Source: Phoronis australis (lineage: Eukaryota; Animalia; Phoronida). From it: DNA of 64,000 nucleotides. Shown here piece after piece: positions 26,313-38,699 of this stretch (positions are counted from its first letter, which is position 1; the number at the start of each line of letters is the position of its first letter). The stretch lies in the NCBI GenBank assembly GCA_002633005.1, contig NMRA01000239.1:548502-612501 (forward strand), written 5' to 3'. The notes under the pieces are model-generated. The model was given only the letters and a program-made list of their open reading frames with translations, ran no database searches and had not been told where the DNA came from. The translations under genes were made by a program, and so were the position numbers.

Positions 26313-29300
26313 CAGGTCTAAGCGTCGCGAGCATGGGTCCCGTGCCTGTCGGGGGCTACCGGAAGGAACAAGTAGCGACTTCCTGATCAAATAATAACAC
26401 CTTTAGGTTTCTTATGGTTGTTTTACACAAATAGTTAGTTAAATAATTCATTTAAGAGCAAATGCTTTCATCAAACAAAGATTAATAAGTACTAAATGGT
26501 TCTTTCAAATGACTATTTGCTAAGGCTGATCGACCCTTTTGAGTACAAAGAAATTGGAATTTTAATCAAATATCCCATTTTATTGTTTAATCATTATGGC
26601 TTTATTAGGTGAGCCTGGTTATGTTAATTTTGGTGCTGTTCGATCTCTTCTACATTAAACTGTAATACAACGAACTGGTCATAGTTGCGTTCAAAGTCTT
26701 TGTTACCGTCGTTTGTTTACCACCTATCAACAAAAAGGTTCTACGGCTAAACGCGAACATAAATAGTTCACAGTAAATAACCTGCAGTACTATCATATCC
26801 GATCACACGCGACCGAAATTTAATTTCAATCGTTTGTTATTCATCTCGATAGGCAATAAGTGTTTCATTCTTTAATCTGCTTGTCAAGCCGGAATAAAAG
26901 AGCAAACGTCTTGTTGGTTAACGTTTGCTCACCGTTGTATTGTTAGTGCACACAAGAGGCGCGCGCAACTGTTTATTCTAGGCTCTCTGTGTGTTGACTC
27001 TCTCTACTATTGTTTACCGAAGCTGCAATCCAACTCCGGACGCGACCCTCCATATATGTTTGATCTCGGAAAATTTATAGCAGCGAATTGAACAGAAGTT
27101 AAGTTGCTAACATCTATTCGTGAAAGTTATGAACAGTATCAACACTGTTATGTAAAAAGTGTACTTTAGTGACAATTCACATATCAGTGAAAAATAAGAC
27201 ACGAATCAAGAACTGAACGAATGTACGAATGGAGAAAAAAATGCTCGTTATGCAAATGCTTATGAAAACAAATTGATGTGTTCGATGAATAAGCCAAGAG
27301 TCTGTCGCGTGCGCTAATTACCCGCTAATATGCCGAGAGCAAATAGAATAATATTTTCATAACTTGTATGTTGTTCTTACAACCCTGCCAGTGAATACGT
27401 TATACCATCCGATTTGTTGACACGTTGCCGACAATAGCCTTACCTGAAAATATCACCAGGTGACGTGAACACGAGCTCCTAACTGAAGCACGAGACACAA
27501 ACGAATACATCATATCAAAACAGCTCATGAAAAGATCAAAATCAGATTTCTTTTATTATTGTCATACAAAATCACGTCAAGCGTTATTGCATTCATTGTC
27601 ACCAACGTTTATTCACCTGTTTAACGGTACTCTTTCTGCATACCGTTGCAATGTCAGCCAATGTGCTTTTAGTGTTTGAATTCAAGAATTTACAGTTAAA
27701 ACAACAGCCATGCAACGGAGACGATGCCAAGCCGTAACTGCATCCACAAACCGCCTTGAAAAAGTCCAAAACGGAGCGTCAATACGCAGGCAAATGTATT
27801 TATGCCTCATATTGGCACCGCACACGTGTGGGTCCTCATTTTGCGCACAGACATTTCTCTTGGTCGATTGAAAAAAAAACTTCTCAAACGTATTTCTGGT
27901 TTTTCTAAACGTTTTGACATGAAGCTGTTAGCGGTAGGCAGAATGAAAAGATTAATGAAACAATTAATATACAGCAAATATATTCGATATTTGAATATTA
28001 CCACCTTATGCCCGGCAACGATATCAAGTAAAGTCGTGTGAGCGACTGATCATTACGCAGCTGCGAAGTCAAAAGTCGATGGCAAAGACAGTTTGAGATG
28101 GTAGTTCGAGTCACTTGACATACCACGCTGTTGTCTTTATAAGTTTATGCGTTTAGAAAGTGATTAAAAATGCATCCTAGATCTGTCAGCATCATATAGC
28201 CATTCTGTCAGAATTTTAAGAGGTTCGCACATCCGTGGTATCTTTTTCTGAAAACAAGTCATTCTTGTTTCCGATAACCTATCATTGAATTGAAAATGCT
28301 GCAGCCACGCTAATGATCCAGGTTGTCTTTACTTTTAACTGGAAGAATCGCGAATAATGCTGTTTGCATGTTCTGTTTCCCCAATCACGTGTAGTCCCAT
28401 CTCCGCTTTCATTTGACCACCTGATGTGTTTGGCAAACACCCTAAACACATTTACTTCATGTTAGACTGGTCCCCGCGATAACTTCTGAGAAAAGACTAA
28501 CCAAATTGCACATGTTAACAAACTTATCAATAAATCCAAGCTTTTTTCTTTCGACGCGGTGGCGATTTGCAAACTTAATGAGAGGGTTAATTAAAGGTGT
28601 ATTAAAATAAAGACCACCTGATGTGTTTGCCTGGTCGATATATCTATTAATTATTCAGAGCTCAGACAATCGCTGGTGGATCGTGTAAACACGCCCGGTT
28701 CATAATTTCATAGTAAGATCGAAGATCGATAGTCATACTAGGGAACTATCAAGATTTGTTTGAAGAAAGGAGAAGTTTTCAAACAACGACTAAACCATCT
28801 GCCAATGCCTACGGCACACAATAAATAAATTTATTACTTCTAGAGTAGAACGGAATTTAAATTGGATCACGTTGACTGGTATCGTGTGTGTATACTGAAC
28901 ACACAGTCATTTTGCCCACTGTTTGTATTGACATACATGTATACTTCTGTACATAAATGGAGTAAAGAAAGCGAATGCTAAACAAATTAAGTCGTCATCA
29001 ACGGATAAAGTACACAAGAAAAATGACACTTTGCTTCTGTAATGGACACAATAGCAAGCAGGTGATTTGTTCAGTATTGAAATGAAACTGGTTTGATTTT
29101 GAATGCACCTATATTCCTAGAGTTTTACGTGCTCTGTCCTCTCCCTTTATAATCATGTACGGCAAAAAAAGTTTCGTTGTTGCTGAAACAGGAGAAGTCT
29201 AGTCTGGGGCGGTGGTCTAATGCGGGACATTTATTTTCGCCGCTGGGGTCGCTAGGGTCGCGGGTCGTCCTGATCCGTTGCCATGATTGTAAATGTTCAC

Positions 29301-30638
29301 CGTGTGGCTTTCGCATGTTTATTGTGGGTTTTTCGAAAACTACTGAGCTAATGACATTCGTTAAAAACTGGAGTGACTATTTAAAAATTACGTTCGAAAC
29401 GTTAAGCACACATATCTTGCAAAATCTATCTTTTGAGGACTACTAATTATGGCGGAAACAGTACTTTTACCATTTTCGGCAGATGTCACTCGGCTAATAC
29501 TTGACGTTTAGGAAGCTTGCGTAAAGATACGGGTCTGGATGAAATGCAGTCGGCGGCGCATCAATTTATTCCATTTTCAGGTATATCCACGGTAAAATTG
29601 AAATAATTCAAATATTTTATGTCTTATCGTATCTTACAACTCGACCTCGCGAATAACACTGTCGTCGGTCAGTAGGCGTTTCTTCACATAGGCCTACGTG
29701 TGAATTGTACCGGATTTCGATAGATGCGTATGTTTAATTTTCCGCCTATAACCCTGTTCACAGTTTTAAGTTAAGAGTCTAAGTGCCGAGTCTTCATCGG
29801 TTGGGGGTTTCAATTTGGACAGTCGCCCAGGGCTGCGCATCACAGGCGTCGAGAACTCGTTCATTCTTTTCTCTAAAATGCACTCGTAACCATGGTTACC
29901 TGCACCACGTAACTCAAAAAAGTAAAAAAAAAGCACTAAACTGCCGTTTTTAATGCTGCATGGCTCAAGCGGGCCCTAACGATCATGAAGCCAGTAAGTG
30001 AGCAGCATGCAATATACATTTGGAAGAACCGGTCGTCTGACAACTTACAGTAATGAACTTTGATCTCAGCGTGTTCCTTAGTTATGATTCATATAGACTA
30101 GAACTTGTAGACTAGAAGTCTTCGATCTACGGGCTCACGATTGGTGGTAAAAATGAGATCCCGTAACTTAGTAAAAAAGGCAGTCTCCCACCAAGGGTAC
30201 AGACTGGTTCCCTCGTCGCTACTGTATATAAAGGTTATTCCACGTACATGTACATGTATATAGAAATTCTATTGCCATATCCTATCGAGAATTCATTTCA
30301 TCAGGAATATCCCACCGAGACCGAAGTGTTGTCTATTTTGAACCTTTTCTCTGCCCATAAAAACACTATGAAATAAGACATATGTTGCGTATCCTCTATA
30401 GCCTTTTTTAAAATGTTAAAGTAACGAAGCTATCAGGTTGGTCCTATATACACCGTGACTTTCCAAATAAGGAGGTCTGTGCAATCAGGAACTTCGCCGT
30501 ATTTCGTCTTGAGTGGAGCCGAATGCTTGTTGGAAGTCGAGGCTAATGGTTCACTATTGGCTTTGAAAGAACTGAGAGTTCGTTATGTTTGTTCATTTTA
30601 GACCAGGGTCAGTTGGCTTGTCAAGGAGAGTTAGCCTA

Positions 30639-31602
30639 CAGTGGCGGATCTAGGATATCACAAGGGGGGAGCAACATTTTGTCTGTAAAAATTTGCGCAA
30701 AGCACGATTGTAGATGCGCATAGCAACGAATGGAGGAGGAAGGTTTGCCCCCTTCCCGCCAGAGGAAATTTTTTTTCTGTTTTTTCCTCTAAAAATCAAT
30801 CATTTCCTTGATTCCTAAAGTATTATCCAAGAAAAAAGGCAAAGGAAAAAGAAAAAAAAACTGTGAACGTTTCAAGCTTGAATAACTGCCAGTGCCACAG
30901 ACTCACGACCTGGTGGTTACAGCGCGCGTGCTTTACCACTGCACCACTACGATTTTTCCCGTGGTTTGAGTCTAAGAGACCTACTTGTTTGTGGTCCACA
31001 GCGTTTGTGCGCGAAACCTACTTTTCTGTAATGCTTTTTACACTTTTTAAATTTTGTGCAATCAGTTCGTAACAAATTTGTTGTATTTAAAATAGTCTTC
31101 AATTGCCCAAAAGACCAAATCCGTTTTTTGTGTTGGCATAAATGACGCGGTTGCTTTCGAAACAATGAAAGAATTACATGTATAGTGATTCACTAAGGCT
31201 TGGATTAAAATTCACATCTTACCAGCAGCTTCTGTTTTTTTCATTTTTACTCAAATTCCATTTCCTTTAAAACAATGAAGTAAAAATTTCTTCATTGCAC
31301 AGTGACGACGGAAACGAAGTCGTAGTGCGCAGCGACACTGCCGGTCGTCCGGGATATCGCGGGAGAGCCTATACATGTACTTAGCCACAGTTCCGATACG
31401 ATTGCGCCGTGTTCCGAATTTGACACTTGAAATTGGATCTGAGCCCACCCCCAAAGTGCACACATTTAAATCTTGTTTTAGCCGTATAATGTTAATTACC
31501 GGGGTTAACTAATAAACTCAACATTTCCCAACGCTCTTGCTGTTTTATTTTTTGCGGCAGCCAAAGGGGGGGCTGGGCCCTCCCCCCCTAAATCCGCCTA
31601 TG
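30639..31602. mobile_element. Non-autonomous DNA transposon, CAGTGGCGGATC TIR family, 5-bp TSD
   Basis: TIRs CAGTGGCGGATCTAGG / CCTAAATCCGCCTATG, flanked by GCCTA at 30634-30638 and 31603-31607. It contains a tRNA-like segment on the minus strand at ~30893-30947. Confidence 0.85.
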
Positions 31603-32517
31603 GCCTATTTGGTATGCCAACCACAGACTCAGTGGCCCGACTGTTTTGTAGCCACCGTCACTTGACTCTCGGCAGTTTTAACCCATTCCAGGTCTCCTTT
31701 TTTCGCCCCGGTTGGCCCGCACCTATAAACAAGGACCAAGTGACGGCATGGAGCACCGATTTATTAGGATGTACTGTTTCATTCCAATTGTAATAAAAGG
31801 GACCATTATATTAAACCGAGACACATGTTGCTGCCCGATTTGTTGCAATTTTGTAATTAATTGGGTTGCTGTAACAGAGCAGATCCCAGTACAGTTGTCC
31901 CTGATCGGTTTCAAATTCAAAAATCTGATATAAGTGTTGTTTAATAAAACCTTAACATTTGATAATACTGCTCATTATGCATGCTAATAAAAAAATACGC
32001 CGTCCTCTAAAGCGTTTCCATCCCATAAACTGTACGTTCGTTCATCTTTACAGATTCCCAGCTTACACGTATGCTCCCCTCTTCAATAATTTACATGTGA
32101 TAAGAACAGCGAAACTTGTCATCAAAATATTTATGAGTAAACATGTAATGTTGTGACGTGCTGTTCACCTCCACGATGTTGTCCTCAACACGACAGAGCA
32201 AGTTCCAAGGCTACGGTTCCCGGCCCGCCCTTTTTGCTCTCCAAAAATGAAGAGAACGGAGTGGGTCAAGTTTGTACTAAATTGGAAGTGACAGTCNTGA
32301 ATAACCATAATACAGCCACAAAGGGTATTCAGTAATTCCTGTAAGTTGTCTTTAGCAAGTGGATTCCATAAATTTGTCCTCTACTATTGTAAACCTCGAC
32401 AGGGATGTCCCGCTGTTTTCTGAGCACGATTCCTTGTTCAGTGTTGAATTTTTTACCCGATTCCAGGTAGCCTTCAGACAAAAGAAAATTATCAAATGTC
32501 TGGTTGGTAATGACATA

Positions 32518-33920
32518 CAGTACAGCCACTGAATTTTTAGACTTCGTCCGGGCTACCTCACGCCTGGCCAGACCGGAGCGCAACCGGAACGTAGGCGTGA
32601 CAGAAATCAGTCAAGTCGCCTCACGCCTACTCTCCGGGTAGTCCTCACGCTTACCTCCGGTTTAGTTCACGCTTTCCTCAGGCTTTCTTCACGCCTTCGG
32701 TACCTGTGGTAACCATGGTAGGGCACTGGGCTAATCAATAAAATACATGTAACGTCTTGATTGCCTGTCGTTTCGGACAAGTTGCAAAGACATTATAGTA
32801 CATGTATATTATAGAGTATCTTTGCAAACAGTCATCTACCACACTTGGGATCCGACTAACTTTGTATTTCCACGTGTTATTCATACAAACGTCTTCAGCT
32901 CGTCTTGTGTTACGCTTACATGTACATTTTCTATTTACGACTTAAGAGCCAGTCCCATCAACGACATACATGTACAGTAACCACGGTTAGTAAATACGAA
33001 TATACGCGACCCTGTGTCCAGAGTCGTCTTTACATGGCTATGGACTCCTTGAAACTTCTCACAGCTGGATATAGTTAATTCGCCTTAAAATAGCCTACGC
33101 ATCTTGTGAAGTATTGTGTCACTCTGTAAATTTTTGCACCGCACTGGCGTACAGAAAATTTCAATAAGCCGCCATTCTGACATACCCATCCCTTACTGCA
33201 AGCAAATGTTTTGACTAAAAATTCCCCAATCCGTAGTGCAGTTTAATTATTTGTAGCCCCCTCCCCGTAGTACATGCGTTTCGACGGAGTTCACAGTATC
33301 CCCGGGGTACTTCTTCACTAAAATAATAATGGCAGTGATCTGTTTGACTCGTCAAATGCATGGGCACGATCAGTTTTCTCCGCATGAAGCCGGAACTTGG
33401 GATCAATGTGCTCAGAATTGACATGCTATGCTCCTTCATATCGTGAAGGCAATTGAATATTTACGCCATGTACACGCGTGTTAAGATTCTTTATTAGTTT
33501 ATATAAAAAACAAATAATTATATATAAGTGAAAAGTAGAGTTCACAGGTCTGTTTCCTGAAGTGACTTAAGATTTGAGAAGGAAATTTTGTTTTTTTGCT
33601 GAACGTGACGATTTCAAAAAGAAATAAACCTCACATGAGCAAATGTCTATGAGAATACACACATCACTGCTAGTTACTGATATAATTTTAATGAATTGCT
33701 TTTTCATCTGCGATGCAGGTAAACTCACGCCTGTCTCACGGCTGGCTCGCGCTTCGTTCACGCCTAACTCACGGTAAGCTCCGGGTACAGTCACGCTTAG
33801 GCTCACGCCAGCTGTCACGGTTGATTCACGTCTCACTCTCCGGTTTGTCTCAGGGTACGGTCACGGGTGGCCAGACCGGAGAGACACCGGAGAGAGTCTA
33901 ATAATTCAGTGGCTGTACTG
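32518..33920. mobile_element. Non-autonomous Tc1/mariner-type element, 1.4 kb
   Basis: 26-bp near-perfect TIRs CAGTACAGCCACTGAATTWTTAGACT, TA target duplication on both sides, and subterminal TCACGC repeats; no transposase ORF seen. Confidence 0.9.
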
Positions 33921-36067
33921 TATTGGGATTGGGATTCTTGTCTCCTTCTGTGCACCTGGGCAGTCGCGAATTTTTGGTAGAAAAAGGCCAAAATTCGCAG
34001 TCATTTTAAGCATCTCATTTTTCCAATGGACGTACTGTAGCAAGGCAAAAAGGCCAATGTCTTTTTCTTCTGAGAAGCTCCTTAGAGTGTGCTTTTTGTC
34101 ACTTATGACTTTTTATGCGTCTTGAGATAGGGTGCAAATAAGGGCTTTCATTGACCCAGACCAGTGATAACGTCAAACTCAGCCACTGGACCTGAGGCCT
34201 TGGCTCTAACTGTTGCACCATGAGAATTTCAATCAAGTGACACTTTGGAAAAGACTATCTTGTGAATTCGATGAAAAATGCAAATCCATACATTTTTGCG
34301 GTGGATAAGCCACCCTTCAAATTGCTCTTTAAAAACATTAATCTGGTGTGCAAAACACGAGAGAGTTAGAAATCTTCATTAGTGAATTCAATCCAATAAT
34401 TCTTGGTTTGTGTCCCATAATTCAACATTGAAACTTTAGCTCACCGACCTCTTCAATAGCCATCATTTTGTTGGATTAATCTACATTTAGAATTGTTTCG
34501 TGTATAAATGTACTAGCAAGTCTTTCTATCGCGTGATTTTGCGTGGAACTTGGTCTACGGAACGCACTCGGGTTCATGAAACTCTTAGACCAAAATTGAG
34601 CTAACTAGTTGAGACCTAAATGTCTTAGCCCTGTTTTATTTAACTCCCATGGAACACAGTTAAGAACGCAATCTGCCACGATTTTTGGTCTTAGTCACTG
34701 GTCAAAATTTATGACTGCCATTATTGTAAACTGCTGATGTACAAGTGTCGTTGTCTTTCATTTAAAATATAATGGCAACAAACAATGTCAAATTGAAAAG
34801 CTTCTTTCGAACAGGTATGCAGAGTGGCAATGCAGCGCAAGTGCATGTAACTTGCATAACTGTATTAAAGGATGTTTTCTATAGGCCTCTTTGTTGATTG
34901 TCGCCCTTTTGATATGCGGACAAGTTTCTGAGAAAAATGTTGGTGTTTGGAGGAGATTCCCGAGCAACACGCCTGTAAGGTGCTGAGTGTAAGCGCGATA
35001 ACCAGAACGACGACACGGAAAGGTATGTTCAAACCCGCCTTGACAACCATTTGCATATTTAGATCGTGAAAAATATACCAAAATCATCAAATTTCATTAT
35101 TAAGATTATTAAACATAGAACAAACTTCAACATGCTGTGGCATGAAGAAGAAGAAGAAGCACTGTACCACAATCCGAAAATCGTTTCTAATGGACGTACG
35201 TGTAAATTCTAGAAAAGTATTCAAAGAACGGTGAAAACATGTTTTGTCACCCTACGGCAATTGGTATGAACAGTGCCATTTTTTAATAAACATAACATCT
35301 TCAGTTAGACATCAATTTAAATACAAATCATTGGGTACAGTGCAGCATTGTGTACACAATCTGACTTAGTTAGCAGATTTTTCTTAAAAGTCACTAAAAC
35401 GTAATTCAAAATCCGGGCTCAAGCAAATTTTTTCTTTTGAAAGAGCGTTCTTTCGGAAAAGCTCCTTTACTCGGGCAATTTTTAGAAATTTCATATAGAT
35501 ATAAGCCTACAGTTTCCAAAAGCAAAGCAAACGTACATGTAAGTGCTTTATCTGGGCATAAACTAGTGTGTAAGCATGTACATTTGTACACTGATCTCTA
35601 TGTCTGCGTCAACGACGCCAAGTTAACAACAGTAAGTCAATTTTGAGCGAAAATGTACTACTGGGATTTCCAATTGTCTGTCCTACATGTAGCTCGATTA
35701 CAGTGAAACGATAGAAGTCCTCCCTCATGCAATTTCCTCCAAATTTCTACAATATTGCCAAAGTATACCATACACAATCAAGCAATTTGTCAGAGCTTGC
35801 TTCGCAAAAGTTTGCTGGAGTAAACTGTTTCTCCCGTGTCAGGAAACTCTAAAGCTTGGTCGTGTTTGCAAACAAAAAAGTTAGAATTCGGCAATGCAGA
35901 TCGGAATTAACGGTTGATAGCATATATCAAAGGTTAGTTTTTGGCAGAAGCTAGGCAGGGTTATAGTCTTAGATTTTATTGAAATTGTCTCGTTACAGCT
36001 TTGATGAATACTTATTTATTTCTTTATTGAACTTAAGTATGAATTAAATAGTGATTTATTCATGTAA

Positions 36068-37480
36068 ACAAGAGCAACGCGGAGCGTTGAAATGCGCCCA
36101 CGAAGGCACCGCAAACGGTGTGCTTCTAGTAGTGTTTAAGTGTATCAAAGAAATGGCCGCTAGATGGCACAAAATAAGTCGAATCCATCCGAAAACGAGA
36201 ACTTGTCATCGCTTCTTTAATAAAAAGCTATTTACCAAATATCATAAAAATCCGTCAAGAAACTTCAGAGAGACGGAGAAAAAGGAAAAAAAAATGAAAT
36301 TGCTACAAGAGGGGCTATGGGCTCTAAATATAATTGCCACTAGGAAGCGCCACAGTATTCGAAGTCGTCGGAAAATCATCGTCAATCGTCTTTTTCACAC
36401 TAAAAACATATATGCCAATTTTCACAATCATACTTGGAGTAATTTGGTTGATAGAGGGGCAGACACAAAAACATACTACAAAACAGTTAAAATGGCCACT
36501 AGATGGCACAAAATACGTCGAATCAATTCGAAAACAGAAACATTCCACCGTTTCAACAGAAAACTATTTACCGAACTTCATAAAAATCCACCAAGGATCT
36601 TGAATTAGAGAAACAGAGAAAAACGGAAAAAATAAATTGCCAAAACGGTGCGCAGCGTTTGTCGGATTCGTCCTAAAGTCGTTGCCGTCTGTTGCAGAGA
36701 GTTTGGGAGATACAGTCATGGACGTAAATAAAGCAAAACTGCCACTAGGAGGCGCCGCAGTAGTCGAGGTCGTCGGGAAATCATTTTCAGCCATCCTCTT
36801 CATAGTAGAAACATACATGTGAATTTCCACAATCGTACTTGGTTGTTTGGTTGACAGAGGGGCGGACGCCAAAAACAAACTCGAAAACAATAACAGTGGC
36901 CACTAGGTAGCACAAAATACCTTGACTCAATCCGAAAACAAAAGGATAGCATCACCTCACTAATAGATGCCTATCTGTCAAATTTTATGGAAATCCCCTG
37001 AGGACCTTTAAGATACAGAGGTAAACGTAAAAAAATAAAATTGCCACTAGGGGGCAAACCATTAATTCAATCCGTCCGAAAGCCGTCGTCGTCCGTTGTC
37101 AAGTTCATACATGTTAATACATGTTCTAAATTTAGTAAAGATCCCTCAGAGCGTTTAGAAAATACAGCCATGGGCGCAAAAATAAACAAAACTGCCGCAA
37201 GGAGGCGCCATAGTATTCGAAGTCGTCGGAAAATCTTCGTCAGCCGTCTTTTTCACAATAGGAACATATAAATAATTATGCCAATTTTTACAATCATACT
37301 TGGAGTGGTTTGGTTGACAGAAGGCCGGGTGGACGCCAAAAACAGACTCAAAATCAGTAAAAATGGCCACTACATGTAGGAAGCGCAAAATACCTCGAAT
37401 CCATCCGAAAACGGAAGCCGGATAGCGTTATCTCACTAAACGGTTAATCTAACGCTCAACGGTGTCGCCTGTGAGCACAA
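36068..37480 (-). mobile_element. Helentron-associated (HINE-like) element built from ~100-180 bp diverged tandem units, each with a CTCF-like motif
   Basis: On the minus strand it begins TT|GTGCTCAC...TGAGC (5' inverted repeat) and ends CAACGC-TCC-GCGTTG hairpin plus CTCTTG|TT. Internal units repeat ATTCGAAGTCGTCGGAAAATC, CACAATCATACTTGG and AATCCGAAAAC. Helentron affinity is an inference. Confidence 0.7.
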
Positions 37481-38699
37481 CCAAGCTTCCTCTTCCAGAA
37501 TTTCGCAATTCCCATTGCCAGGTATTTGGGTGCGCTCGTAATAAAAAAAAACAATAATCCAGAATTTCCCCTCGGACTCTCAGCTCATACTGGAGGGCCT
37601 CTATCATATAATGCAAATGACATGGTATTACACAGAAATTAAAAGAAAATTTGTTTAATAAAATGTAATTCACAAAACGTCGGAAAGTAGATAAGGCCTA
37701 CCCAGACTCATCTGGTTTCCGCGTAATTTCGAAGGGATTTGAATTTCCCAGCTTTGAAGTACCGCACTGGCTTACGATGCAAAAAGTATTTTGTTTTCGT
37801 AAACGTCAAGATACTCTAGTACAGAGCAGCGACTCAGGTCATGCAGGAACTGACAATATTCAGCCAAACATTGTTCCCGAGTCGGAACAGGGCAAGCTTC
37901 AGTGAATCTTACTTTCGTACTCCTACGTTTTTCGTAAGTTGTACATGTTTAACCCATTTGGACATTTCTATCAAGTAGTTTTATTCATGGGCCCAACGTG
38001 CTCCCATGGCGGTTGTGCGAGTCGTGAAGACAGTTATGCTCAAGGTGTCTAATTTGTCATGGATTTTAAATGACGTCTCACCCATACTTCTCCTGTAAGC
38101 TTCCAAGACTGTGACAGGGAGTTTTCTTTCATGTTTACAACGTTTTTGTCAAAGTCAACATATTATTTGAATTTAGTGGGAGTACGCTTGCATTCTGTTT
38201 CCAGATTTTACACCAATCCGGTAGAACAAGTTCAAACTTCCCCTGTTCAGAATACCCCTGTAACATAAAATCGAATTCAGATTACCCTCGAGTTAGGTTG
38301 AACTCTATTTCGGGTTACTTCCCCTATGTCTAGAGTAGCCCCCTCCCATTTCACTTGGTTTTTAGCATCGCACTTAAAAATTTTAAAACATCGGGGCAAT
38401 ACGCACATTGCGGGAATATGAAATCAACTGTCTCAGTTTAGACGCAGAGGCCCGATTGACCTAGAGGAGGTTGGCTTAGCGTCATGACGCTTCTCGACAT
38501 ACAGTACATGTATCTACCAAGCTTTTACTTTCATCGTAGAGGCTTTCGAGGTCATTGCCATTGGATCCCATCTTGAAAAGTACGGAGATTTCTTTCCTGA
38601 GTGGGGACTCCAAGCGACACCGCAAAAAATTACCTAGCTAAAGAATTTAGTTTTATTGTTACCTTCGTAACCATTGTGTTATTTGTCCGGCTTGACTGT

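Noticed and set aside
36051-37388. Several long overlapping ORFs (up to 185 aa)
   Set aside because: They are translations of the tandem repeat units on both strands, with no recognisable domain.
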